DNA of 64,000 bases from Rhodobiaceae bacterium (GCA_031409595.1 JANNXN010000028.1:948-64947), one strand, 5' to 3'. Numbered from the stretch's first letter, positions 17,809 through 26,711 are shown. Program-made: numbers and translations. The notes: generated by a model not told the origin, from the sequence alone.

Positions 17809-19611
17809 CTAACTCTCCAGCTCCTCCCGCATCATCTCAAGCTCCAGCCATTTCTCCTCGGCTTCTGCCTTTTCCCTTTGCACAGCAGCAAGCCGCGTCA
17901 TGATTTTGTCAAATCCCTTAGGGTCTCTCCCAAACAGATTGGCATCAGATAGTTTCTGTTCCAATACCGATAACTCCTCCGTCAAGGCCATCATTTTTGC
18001 TGGCAATGATTCAAGCGCAAATTTCTCCTTGAAGGAAAGCTTGCGCTTGCTCTGGGGCTTTGATGCCTGAGTTACTAAAGTCCGCTCCCGCTCAACAACT
18101 TTCATATCGCGGGCATCAACACCAGCGCCCCGCTGGGCCACCATGTCGGAATAGCCGCCCGCATATTCGGTCCACTTGCCATCACCCTCATACATCAGGA
18201 TCGATGTGGCAACCCGATCCAGAAAATCACGGTCATGGCTCACCAACAGAATTGTTCCGGGGTATTCACCAAGCATTTCCTGCAACAGGTCCAGGGTTTC
18301 GAGATCAAGGTCGTTGGTGGGCTCGTCCAGAATCAAAAAATTCGATGGCTTGGCCAGTTCGCGGGCCAGAATAAGCCGCGCCCGCTCGCCACCTGACAGA
18401 ACTGAAACGGGCGTGCGCGCCTGTTCAGGCTTGAACAGAAAATCCTTCATGTAGCCAACAACATGTTTAGTTTCGCCATTGATGGTCACCGACTGGCCGC
18501 GCCTGTCCGTAATTACATCGGCAAGCAAGGCGTCAGGGTCAAGGCTCTGCCTGCTCTGGTCAAGCGCCACCATTTGTAAATTTGTGCCGAGGCGAATGGA
18601 ACCACTGTCAGGCTGCAATGCGCCGGTGAGCAACTTGATCAACGTCGTCTTGCCCGCCCCGTTGGGCCCGACGATTCCAAGCCGATCACCCCGCAGTACC
18701 AGAAGATCGAGGTTCGAAACCATCGGGCGCTCGCCAAATGATTTTGAAATCTTCTTGGCTTCCGCAACCAGGCGCCCGGACGCATCGCCTGTAGAGGCAG
18801 TGAGCTTCACGCCGCCCAAACTGCCCATATGTTCGCGCCGCTCTAAACGCAATGTGGAAAGCAGCCCGACACGTCGAACATTGCGTTTGCGCCGCGCCGT
18901 AACGCCGTAGCGCATCCAGTGTTCTTCCGTGGCAATCCGCTGGGCCAGCTTGTGCCGCTCAATCTGCTCTTCTTCCAAAACCTGGTCGCGCCATTCCTCA
19001 AACTGTGAAAATCCGCGATCCATGCGTTTTGCAGACCCGCGATCAAGCCAAACAGTGCGGTTCGAAAGGTTTTCCAAAAACCGACGGTCATGGCTGATCA
19101 GAATGAATGCCGAGCGCAGCGCCTTGAGCTCATTTTCGAGCCACTCGATGGCGGGCAAATCCAGATGGTTGGTAGGTTCATCCAGCAGCAAGATATCAGG
19201 CGCCGGCGCCAAAGTGCGAGCCAGCGCAACGCGCCGCATTTCTCCGCCCGAAAGATTTGCCGGATTTTCTTCGCCGCTCAGGCCCAGTTCATTCAGGTAG
19301 TGTCGGCAGCGATAGGGATTATCCGTAGGCCCGAGGCCCGCCTCGACATAATCCAGCACAGTCGAAAATCCGCTGAAATCCGGCTCCTGCGGCAGATAGC
19401 GAACGGTGGTGCCGGGCTGCAGCCAAACCTCGCCATCATCGGGTTGAATGAGCCCCGCTGCAATCTTGAGAAGCGTGGATTTGCCCGAACCGTTGCGCCC
19501 CACCAGGCACATGCGTTCGTCATCGGCCAGCATCAATTCTGTGCCGTCAAGCACAGGTTTGCCGCCAAAAGTCAGCCGGATATTTTGCAGATTCAGGAGA
19601 AGTTTTGCCAT
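17809..19611 (-). CDS. uup: ABC-F family ATPase (Uup-like)
   Basis: Two ABC cassettes (GRNGSGKST/LSGGEMRR and GPNGAGKTT/LSGGERAR), no TM domain, and a C-terminal coiled coil (KAEAEEKWLELEMMREELES). The N-terminus resembles E. coli Uup. Confidence 0.8.
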   Translation of the reverse strand: MAKLLLNLQNIRLTFGGKPVLDGTELMLADDERMCLVGRNGSGKSTLLKIAAGLIQPDDGEVWLQPGTTVRYLPQEPDFSGFSTVLDYVEAGLGPTDNPYRCRHYLNELGLSGEENPANLSGGEMRRVALARTLAPAPDILLLDEPTNHLDLPAIEWLENELKALRSAFILISHDRRFLENLSNRTVWLDRGSAKRMDRGFSQFEEWRDQVLEEEQIERHKLAQRIATEEHWMRYGVTARRKRNVRRVGLLSTLRLERREHMGSLGGVKLTASTGDASGRLVAEAKKISKSFGERPMVSNLDLLVLRGDRLGIVGPNGAGKTTLIKLLTGALQPDSGSIRLGTNLQMVALDQSRQSLDPDALLADVITDRRGQSVTINGETKHVVGYMKDFLFKPEQARTPVSVLSGGERARLILARELAKPSNFLILDEPTNDLDLETLDLLQEMLGEYPGTILLVSHDRDFLDRVATSILMYEGDGKWTEYAGGYSDMVAQRGAGVDARDMKVVERERTLVTQASKPQSKRKLSFKEKFALESLPAKMMALTEELSVLEQKLSDANLFGRDPKGFDKIMTRLAAVQREKAEAEEKWLELEMMREELES

Positions 19612-19674
19612 ATTGGCCCGTGGTTAGCTGATTGTGGTCTGGTTCTCCAGCCCCCTTTGTTGTAAGGCAAAGCC

Positions 19675-20655
19675 ATGGAATATGTGAAACTTGCAACCAC
19701 CGGACTTGATGTGTCGCGCCTGTGTCTGGGCTGCATGAGTTATGGCGAGCCCAATCGCGGCAGCCATGAATGGACATTGGGCGAGGATGCCGCGCGCCCC
19801 TTCATCAAGCGCGCCCTCGAACAGGGCATCAATTTTTTCGACACCGCAAACATATATTCCGATGGCAGCAGCGAAGAGATCGTCGGCAAAGCGCTGAAAG
19901 ATTTTGCCAGGCGCGAGGAAGTGGTGATCGCCACCAAAGTGCATGGCCGTATGCGTGCGGGCCCCAACGGCGCTGGCCTGTCACGCCGCGCCATCATGTC
20001 TGAAATCGACAATAGCTTGCGACGCCTCGGAACTGACCACGTTGATCTCTACCAGATTCACCGGTGGGATCACGAAACACCCATCGGCGAAACCATGGAA
20101 GCGCTGCATGATGTGGTGAAGGCCGGAAAGGCCCGTTACATCGGAGCATCATCCATGTTCGCCTGGCAATTTTCCAAAGCCAATCATGTAGCCGAGGAAA
20201 ACTGTTGGACCCGTTTCGTCAGCATGCAAAACATGGTGAACCTCATTTACCGCGAAGAAGAACGCGAAATGCTGCCGCTGTGCAAGGCGGAAGGGATCGC
20301 CGTTTTGCCATGGAGCCCGCTGGCCCGCGGCAAACTTGCCCGCAGTGGCGATACCGCCACCAACCGCTCGACAACTGACGCCTATTCGAAAACTCTCTTC
20401 GCCAAAACCGGGGATGCCGACCGGAAAGTGGTCGAAACCGTTGAAACCGTGGCCAGGAAGCGCGCCATTCCAATGGCGCAAGTGGCGCTTGCATGGGTAT
20501 TGTCAAAACCCGGCATCACATCACCCATCATCGGTGCAACCAAACCCCAACATCTCGACGATGCCATCGCTGCCCTGGCGCTGAAGCTAACCGCCGAAGA
20601 AGTGAGCGCATTGGAAGCGCCATACATTCCGCACGCAGTTGTCGGGTTTTCTTAA
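19675..20655 (+). CDS. Aldo/keto reductase
   Basis: 326 aa. Blocks GINFFDTANIYSDGSSEEIVGKAL and IGASSMFAWQF are typical of the AKR family. Confidence 0.85.
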   Translation: MEYVKLATTGLDVSRLCLGCMSYGEPNRGSHEWTLGEDAARPFIKRALEQGINFFDTANIYSDGSSEEIVGKALKDFARREEVVIATKVHGRMRAGPNGAGLSRRAIMSEIDNSLRRLGTDHVDLYQIHRWDHETPIGETMEALHDVVKAGKARYIGASSMFAWQFSKANHVAEENCWTRFVSMQNMVNLIYREEEREMLPLCKAEGIAVLPWSPLARGKLARSGDTATNRSTTDAYSKTLFAKTGDADRKVVETVETVARKRAIPMAQVALAWVLSKPGITSPIIGATKPQHLDDAIAALALKLTAEEVSALEAPYIPHAVVGFS

Positions 20656-20670
20656 CACAACTAGCCCCCA

Positions 20671-20702
20671 ACCGTTATTTCCGCGCACGCGGGACTGACG
20701 GT
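20671..20702. repeat. Single REP-like unit (TTCCGCGCACGCGGG variant), probably also a bidirectional terminator
   Basis: ACCGTTATTTCCGCGCACGCGGGACTGACGGT has outer ACCGT/ACGGT arms and an inner CCGCG-N2-CGCGG stem. It resembles the 17621-17645 unit and lies between convergent genes. Confidence 0.5.
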
Positions 20703-20735
20703 TGTATTCTAGTGTCAATCTAACTTGATCGCCAT

Positions 20736-21701
20736 CTAGCCCATCTTCCGCAAGTATTCTTCACATAGCCCGATTGTTCCCTCGGTGTAGGGAAGGCCCA
20801 TGGATTTGGCGAGGTCGGTTTCGGCGTGTGAGCCGATCCATGCCACCAGCAACAGGCGGCGGAACATGACGAAGGTTGGAATTTCGTCTTCGTCGGCTTT
20901 CGGCAAATTTCCGGCTTTGCGGTAACCAGTTTTCCAGGCCTCGATCAAGTCTGGAACCTGGGGTTCGTGTTCATAGAACGAAACGGGTGTTGCTGCGTCA
21001 TACATGTACCAGCCGAAGCCGCAATCATCGAAGTCGATGACCTTTACCTGGTCACCATCGATCAGCAGATTGGCGAGGCGGAGATCGCAATGGATGAGGC
21101 CGAAGCGTTCGTTGGCCTGCCCGTACGCGTTCAATCTCGTGCCGATGAGATCCACCGTGCGCTGGAACAGTTTGGACTTTTCTGCATCCACACCCATGCC
21201 ATCACGCCAGCGGCCCCAGTGGGGTTTGGTGTCACCCAGAGCGGTTTCAAAATTCCAGGTGAAGCGCTCGAAATAGGAGGGGCGCTGCCAGCCCCGCGCG
21301 TGGGCATGCATGCGGGCGGTGACTTCGCCGAGAATTTCAAATGGTTTGATGAGGTCATGGTCAATGCCGGGTTCGGAGCCTGTCTCCCAGTCTGACAGCA
21401 CAATGTAGCGGCCAGAGACCTCCTGAATGATTTCACCGTTTAAGCCTTTGACTGGCTCAGGGGTCACAACAACACCGCTTTTGCGCAAATCCATGAGCCA
21501 AGCGAGTTCTGAAGCAATTGCCGCTTTGGTGTGATAGCCGGCGCGGTGAATGCGAAGTGCCCGGCGTTGACCGTCGGGCGCTTCAACCTTGTAGGTGGCA
21601 TTCTCGGAAAGGTTGATCATCTGGACATCAAGGTGATCTGGCAGCGCGTAATTTCCCGTGGCACTTTTAGCCAGCGCCAACAATTCATCCAGGTCTGTCA
21701 C
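20736..21701 (-). CDS. APH-fold kinase (aminoglycoside/choline/ethanolamine kinase superfamily); candidate amino-alcohol kinase of the BMC operon
   Basis: Catalytic loop HCDLRLANLL and metal-binding VIDFDDCGFGW. It is the last gene of the BMC operon, 12 nt after the upstream shell gene. Confidence 0.8.
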   Translation of the reverse strand: MTDLDELLALAKSATGNYALPDHLDVQMINLSENATYKVEAPDGQRRALRIHRAGYHTKAAIASELAWLMDLRKSGVVVTPEPVKGLNGEIIQEVSGRYIVLSDWETGSEPGIDHDLIKPFEILGEVTARMHAHARGWQRPSYFERFTWNFETALGDTKPHWGRWRDGMGVDAEKSKLFQRTVDLIGTRLNAYGQANERFGLIHCDLRLANLLIDGDQVKVIDFDDCGFGWYMYDAATPVSFYEHEPQVPDLIEAWKTGYRKAGNLPKADEDEIPTFVMFRRLLLVAWIGSHAETDLAKSMGLPYTEGTIGLCEEYLRKMG

Positions 21702-21713
21702 GCTCTCTGTCCC

Positions 21714-22367
21714 CTAGTTGTCCCGCCCGGTGATTGATGCCAGAACAGCTTCGATCCTCGCAAGGCCTTGGCGAACATTATCTGTGGCGCCAGACATGTA
21801 AAGCCTGCCCGCCGCACCAATCATTTGAACATCCACAAGGGTGAGGCCAGGTGCTGCCTTTTCGGCCTCATTGGCGGCAATGGCTGCATAAAGGGCAGGG
21901 ACCATTTCGCAGATCAACAAGGTTTCACCTGGCAGGATCATGGACGCCTGGCGGTTGCGATTGATGATCACGGCGTGCTGGTCTGCCACGTCCTCAATGA
22001 CATCAGTATAGAGGATTTTTGGTTTGAGCTGATCGCCCGCACTGAGGCCCAGCCCGTTCAGCATCGCCTCGCCGGCTGCCAACAATTTTTCCTTGTCGCT
22101 GCCGTGAATTTCGAGAATGCCGAACTGCCGTTCGACGAACAGGATGCCGGGTTCCAGATCGGGGTCTGCCTTGAGGGCCAAGTCAATCACCCGCTCAATC
22201 ATCAGGCCGGGTGCGACCTCGATGATAAGGGCGTGCTGCCCCGCGTAGGGGGGATACCCCCGCGCGCGGGTTGGTGTGCCGAGATAGGCGGCAAATTGCG
22301 GTTGCAGAGTCTCCAATGTCAGGTAGACCCGCAAGTCGCCCTTTGCGAACTTCCGTTCAGAAACCAC
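21714..22367 (-). CDS. Tandem-domain BMC shell protein (BMC-T, CsoS1D/CcmP-like)
   Basis: 217 aa, GTG start. Two BMC-domain-like halves (IIEVAPGLMIERVIDLALKAD... and LICEMVPALYAAIAANEAEKAAPG...). The N-terminal LRVYLTLETLQPQFAAYLGT block is shared with its 199-aa paralogue. Confidence 0.8.
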   Translation of the reverse strand: MVSERKFAKGDLRVYLTLETLQPQFAAYLGTPTRARGYPPYAGQHALIIEVAPGLMIERVIDLALKADPDLEPGILFVERQFGILEIHGSDKEKLLAAGEAMLNGLGLSAGDQLKPKILYTDVIEDVADQHAVIINRNRQASMILPGETLLICEMVPALYAAIAANEAEKAAPGLTLVDVQMIGAAGRLYMSGATDNVRQGLARIEAVLASITGRDN

Positions 22368-22377
22368 GTTTCAGGCT

Positions 22378-22662
22378 TTACTTGGATGAGCCGGAGGTAA
22401 AGTGTTTGGAAACGTCGGCGTGGGGGCGAGGGATGACGTGAACTGAAACCAGCGTGCCAACCTGGCCTGCCACTTCAGCGCCTGCTTCGGTTGCGGCTTT
22501 GACCGCTCCTACGTCGCCGTTGATGATCACGGCTACCAGGCCGTCGCCAACTTCTTCGCGGCCAATAATTGTGACGTTGGCTGCCTTCACCATGGCATCA
22601 GCGGCGGCGAGGGCTGCCACGTAACCTCTGGTTTCGACCATTCCAATTGCATTGCTCGACAT
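22378..22662 (-). CDS. BMC-H hexamer shell protein (PduA/EutM/CcmK family)
   Basis: [26 protein letters not shown]...[15 protein letters not shown]...VHVIPRPH is the textbook Pfam BMC-domain sequence. 94 aa. Confidence 0.95.
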   Translation of the reverse strand: MSSNAIGMVETRGYVAALAAADAMVKAANVTIIGREEVGDGLVAVIINGDVGAVKAATEAGAEVAGQVGTLVSVHVIPRPHADVSKHFTSGSSK

Positions 22663-22685
22663 TTTAGTTTCTCCTTTGTTGAAAG

Positions 22686-22937
22686 TTACTTTCCGGAAGC
22701 TTCGTCGATTGAGCCGATAATCAGGGCATCAATCGGGGGAGCCTTGCCTGGAAACCATGAGGCGGCAACGGAGCCCGTTGCCACAATTACTTTTTCGCCA
22801 TCGCCGCAACCCAGCGGATCGAAGGCCAGCATGCGGGCGCTGGTTTCATCAACCTGCACTTCAAGAATTGTGCCGGTTGGAACTTCGCCCAGTTTTTTGG
22901 TGGACCAGATGCGGCCTGTGACAGTTGCTTTCAGCAT
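22686..22937 (-). CDS. BMC-P pentamer vertex protein (EutN/CcmL/PduN family)
   Basis: 83 aa. [15 protein letters not shown]...[19 protein letters not shown]...[10 protein letters not shown] matches the EutN/CcmL pattern. Confidence 0.9.
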   Translation of the reverse strand: MLKATVTGRIWSTKKLGEVPTGTILEVQVDETSARMLAFDPLGCGDGEKVIVATGSVAASWFPGKAPPIDALIIGSIDEASGK

Positions 22938-23302
22938 CAGCTTTTCCTTTCAATCTTGAGACCGAGCTTGCGGGCCTTATCGCGCGCCAGCGGGGTCAAT
23001 ACGGCGGTGGGGCCTAAAAGAAGTATTCCCTTGGGCGCCATGGTGGAAATTTTTTGTTCGGTGATGACACCTTCGAGAATTTCGCCTGTGGACTGGTGGC
23101 TCGCCTGCCCAAGCGTGAAGCGGAGTTTTCCAGCGCGAACGGATTCGATGACGCCGGGTGCTGCCAGGCGGTTGACGAAGGCTTGCAGCTCTGCATCGTT
23201 GCCAACCCTGACGCTTTCCGTGCCTGTGGAGCGTGATGCCAAGGCTTCCCGCAACACCTCGCGCACGAGGCCACGGAGTTCGGTTGAGGTTTCGGGTTTC
23301 AT
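22937..23302 (-). CDS. BMC-operon protein of unknown function with an N-terminal encapsulation-peptide-like helix
   Basis: 121 aa. It overlaps both neighbours (by 4 nt at its start and 1 nt at its stop). The N-terminal amphipathic helix TELRGLVREVLREALA is followed by a Ser/Thr/Gly linker and a ~90-aa domain ending LLLGPTAVLTPLARDKARKLGLKIE. Confidence 0.6.
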   Translation of the reverse strand: MKPETSTELRGLVREVLREALASRSTGTESVRVGNDAELQAFVNRLAAPGVIESVRAGKLRFTLGQASHQSTGEILEGVITEQKISTMAPKGILLLGPTAVLTPLARDKARKLGLKIERKS

Positions 23303-23898
23303 TGTCCAAGAGCCTGTTCTGCTGCACCGGCGGCGGCTTTTACTTCTGATTCAGAGCCGGAGAGGTAGAGCCTGCCCGTGGCGCCGATCATGCGGTAATC
23401 AACGATCTTTATGTTTGCGGCTTTTTCCGCCGCGTTGGAAGCAAGGATAGCGTAGGCGGCGGGCTCGGTTTCGAGAACGAACAGCGTTTCGCCGGCGAGG
23501 ATCATGGAGCCGCCCTTGTTACGATTGATCAGGAACGCGTGGTTGGGATCAATGCGGGTGATGATTTTCGATGCCAGAATCTTTGGCGGCATGGCATCGC
23601 CGGAAGACTTTCCGAGCGCGTTCAAGACGGCTTCAGCGGACGCCTTGACGGCAGCAATGTCACGTGAATGGATTTCGAGATATCCGAACTGGCGCTCCAC
23701 CACGAGTATGCCACCCTGAACATCGGCCTCCTTCAAAGCGATATCAGTGAGCGCTTCGATATCGAGGCCCGGGGCCACTTCAATGATTTGTGCGGCCATG
23801 TTGCGGCGGGGCAGCGAACCTTTGATCCATGAACCCAGATAGCACATGGTCTGCGGTTGCAGCTGGTCGAGGAATATGAATGAGCGAAGAGTTGCCAT
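23299..23898 (-). CDS. Tandem-domain BMC shell protein (BMC-T, CsoS1D/CcmP-like), paralogue of 21714..22367
   Basis: 199 aa with two BMC-domain halves (IIEVAPGLDIEALTDIALKEAD... and LFVLETEPAAYAILASNAAEKAAN...). N-terminal LRSFIFLDQLQPQTMCYLGS block. Confidence 0.8.
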   Translation of the reverse strand: MATLRSFIFLDQLQPQTMCYLGSWIKGSLPRRNMAAQIIEVAPGLDIEALTDIALKEADVQGGILVVERQFGYLEIHSRDIAAVKASAEAVLNALGKSSGDAMPPKILASKIITRIDPNHAFLINRNKGGSMILAGETLFVLETEPAAYAILASNAAEKAANIKIVDYRMIGATGRLYLSGSESEVKAAAGAAEQALGQ

Positions 23899-23901
23899 GG
23901 T

Positions 23902-25407
23902 TTATGCCGCGAGGACCGCGTTCAACTCCTCAAGAATTATTTTGCGGAGTTCGCGGCGGAGTTCATCAGCGTCGGAATTGCTGACGGCGAGTGCCACCGG
24001 CGATTTCGCGACTTTGGGCAGGTTCAATGGATCAAGGCCGGCAAAATTACCGAAGGCTTCTTCCCTGTTGTAGGCAATGCGGGAAAATTGAACGAGGTGG
24101 TGCGGTGTCAAATTTTCACTGAGCGAAGATCCGCCCACGAAACCTGTGCCAATTGTCATTGACGGACCCAAATGCGTTTCATAGCCAGAAGCGCCCAGCG
24201 AGCAACCGGCATTCACAGCCACGCGCAAAGCGGGGAGGGCGGCGGCAAAGGCCATGATGTTGGACTCGTTCCTGGAGTGAATTGCCGCCGAATGACCGCG
24301 ACCGGAATTCCGCATCATGGAGCGGGCCGAGGAAATGGCCTGATCGATATTGCTGACGCGCGCGAACGCCAGCACGGGCGCAAGCTTTTCGCGCACCAGT
24401 TTTTCCTCAGGCTGGACGAGATCAACCGGCGTCACCAGTATTTTGGCGTTGCCAGCGCTGAAGCCTGCTGCCTTGGCAATAACTGCGGCATCCTTGCCGA
24501 TCATGGAAATGTTGAAGCCTGTTCCCGTGAACAGAAGATCGCGAAGTTTGCCGGTTTCTTCGGAACTGCAGATATGGGCGCCTTCCGATTTCAGTGCCGA
24601 GAGGAGTGTGTCCGCGATGTTGGCGAAGGCCAGCACTACCGACTCATTGGTGCACAGAATGGAGTTATCGAAGGCCTTCGAGGCAACAATGCGTTTTGCT
24701 GCCAATTTCGTGTCAGCCGTGTCATCAACCAGCACCGGTGCATTGCCGGGGCCAACGCCGAAGGCTGGATTGCCAGAGCGGTAGGCGGCTTTGACAACTG
24801 ATGGCCCCCCTGTTGCAATCACCAGATCAATGCGCTCATCGGCGATGAGTTTTTCGATGAGTGGAATATTGGGTTCATCCAGCACCTGGATGATGCCATC
24901 AGGAGCGCCGGCTGCTTTTGCAGCTTCCGCCAGCATGCGTGCAGCATCAGCGCAACAGGCTTTGGCGCCAGGGTGGGGCGAGAGGATGATGGCGTTTCTG
25001 GTCATCAAGGCGAGAATGGTTTTGAAATAAACCGTGGCGACCGGATTGGTGACCGGAATGAGAGCGAATATCACGCCCGCGGGGCGGGGCAATTCAACGA
25101 TCTTCTTGGCGGCATCAATATGGGGGCCGACGAAATCTTCGGTGGCATAGGTTTCGGCCAGGCCCTTTGAGCAGGCCTCATTCTTCAGTTTCTTGTGTGT
25201 CACAACGCCCATGCCAGTTTCGCGCACGGCCCATTCGGCATAGTGCTGGGCTTTGGCGTGGGCCGCGGCTGCCACTGCATTTACAATGCGCTGTGTTGCC
25301 GTGCGGTCGAGCTTCTGAAATTTACTGGCGCCCCAGCGGGCGCGCTCCAGCATCATGCGAGCTTGTTCGAGGGCGGCGTCTGGAATTTTAAGAAGAACAT
25401 CACTCAT
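23902..25407 (-). CDS. CoA-acylating aldehyde dehydrogenase (PduP/EutE-like) with a C-terminal encapsulation-peptide-like helix
   Basis: 501 aa. Blocks PVTNPVATVYFKTILALMTRNAIILSPHP, ATGGPSVVKAAYRSGNPAFGVGPGNAP and catalytic ILCTNES match the EutE/PduP/AdhE-N family. The C-terminus is DADELRRELRKIILEELNAVLAA. Confidence 0.9.
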   Translation of the reverse strand: MSDVLLKIPDAALEQARMMLERARWGASKFQKLDRTATQRIVNAVAAAAHAKAQHYAEWAVRETGMGVVTHKKLKNEACSKGLAETYATEDFVGPHIDAAKKIVELPRPAGVIFALIPVTNPVATVYFKTILALMTRNAIILSPHPGAKACCADAARMLAEAAKAAGAPDGIIQVLDEPNIPLIEKLIADERIDLVIATGGPSVVKAAYRSGNPAFGVGPGNAPVLVDDTADTKLAAKRIVASKAFDNSILCTNESVVLAFANIADTLLSALKSEGAHICSSEETGKLRDLLFTGTGFNISMIGKDAAVIAKAAGFSAGNAKILVTPVDLVQPEEKLVREKLAPVLAFARVSNIDQAISSARSMMRNSGRGHSAAIHSRNESNIMAFAAALPALRVAVNAGCSLGASGYETHLGPSMTIGTGFVGGSSLSENLTPHHLVQFSRIAYNREEAFGNFAGLDPLNLPKVAKSPVALAVSNSDADELRRELRKIILEELNAVLAA

Positions 25408-25408
25408 G

Positions 25409-26689
25409 TCAGTTCACCTTGCCGAGGTTATGCAGCAGTTCGCGGGCACGCGGCATAGAGGCGTCGAAGCGATCAAGAATTTCATGACACATGCCAGCAC
25501 TCAGCAGAACGCCGGGCTTCCATTGCAGCACACGCTTGTCGAGAGATGAGAATATGGCCCAAACGCCATTTTCATAAAGGGCGCGGGAAACTGATACAGC
25601 ACCTTCGGGATGATTGAATTCAAGACCGAGGATCACGCCTTTCTGGCGCACGCCGGTGAAGATGTCGCCATGGCGGTCCATCATGTCTTTCATGCCGTCG
25701 CGGAAAAATTCGGTGACGCTGTGAACATTGGCGATGGTTTCTGGCCGCAACAGCATTTCGATCACTTTATGCGCCACGATGCAGCCGAGTTCGGCGCCGC
25801 CTGAGGTGCTGATGTGGGCAGCGCCATCCTCATTCAGCCATTCCCCCGCTTTATCATTCACCAGGCAGGCGCTGATGGGATAGAGGCCGCCGGACAGGCC
25901 CTTCGCCGTCACCATGATGTCGGGTTGAATGCCGTAGGCCTGCCAGCCCCACATGGAGCCCGTGCGCATCAAGCCGGTTTGCACTTCATCGGCGATGTAC
26001 ATGGCGCCATGTTTTTCGCACAGCGCCTTGCAGGCATTGAGGTAGCCCTCTTTTGGCATGGGAAAGCCATAAGTTGCCGGAATGGTTTCCATGATGAGAG
26101 CGGCCACATCATTTCCCCTGAGTGCCGCTTCCATGGCAGTGATATCATTGAAAGGCACCTGTATAAATGTTTCAGGCTGGTCACTCAGGAATATCTTGGT
26201 GAAGCGGTCATCACCTGTAGCAACGGCCAAGCCCGAATGGCCATGATAGCCCTTGATGATGGAGACGATCTTGCGGCGCTTGGTGGCGTAGCGTGCACTT
26301 TTGATGGCGATATCGACGGCTTCCGCACCACCTGGGGCAAACACCGCATATTTCATGCCGGGCGAAATATTAATCAGGGATTCGGCCAAAGCGGAACGGG
26401 CGACAGATGGGAACCAGTGGTTACCCATATCGAAATAGTCGAGGGCGCCTTTGAGGGTTTCCACCAGTTCCGGGTGGCGATGGCCAAAATTATAGGTGCC
26501 GCCGTTGAGATGGAGGTCGATGAGCCTGCGGCCGCTCATGTCATAGAGGTTGTAACCCTCGCGCCGGTCGATGACGAGATCAATGCCGGCCTTTTGCCAG
26601 AACTTGGTCTTATCCGGATTCCAATAGCGGATGGCCTTGTCAAAGAGATCCTGTTTCGAGTCAAACCGGAAATGACCGTAATCAAACAT
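25409..26689 (-). CDS. Class-III aminotransferase-fold PLP enzyme; candidate O-phospho-amino-alcohol phospho-lyase, first gene of the BMC operon
   Basis: Blocks YNFGHRHPELV, ADEVQTGLMRTG and PLP-lysine context DIMVTAKGLSGG. ATG 26689 (MFDYGHF...) has GGAG 8 nt upstream (the track starts at TTG 26695). Its stop is 1 nt from the AldDH start. Confidence 0.85.
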   Translation of the reverse strand: MFDYGHFRFDSKQDLFDKAIRYWNPDKTKFWQKAGIDLVIDRREGYNLYDMSGRRLIDLHLNGGTYNFGHRHPELVETLKGALDYFDMGNHWFPSVARSALAESLINISPGMKYAVFAPGGAEAVDIAIKSARYATKRRKIVSIIKGYHGHSGLAVATGDDRFTKIFLSDQPETFIQVPFNDITAMEAALRGNDVAALIMETIPATYGFPMPKEGYLNACKALCEKHGAMYIADEVQTGLMRTGSMWGWQAYGIQPDIMVTAKGLSGGLYPISACLVNDKAGEWLNEDGAAHISTSGGAELGCIVAHKVIEMLLRPETIANVHSVTEFFRDGMKDMMDRHGDIFTGVRQKGVILGLEFNHPEGAVSVSRALYENGVWAIFSSLDKRVLQWKPGVLLSAGMCHEILDRFDASMPRARELLHNLGKVN

Positions 26690-26711
26690 TAACAACTCCT
26701 GCAGACCAGAA

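Noticed and set aside
25814-26692. 292-aa + strand ORF inside the BMC operon
   Set aside because: It is an antisense shadow of the class-III aminotransferase-fold gene, with no start context and no motif.
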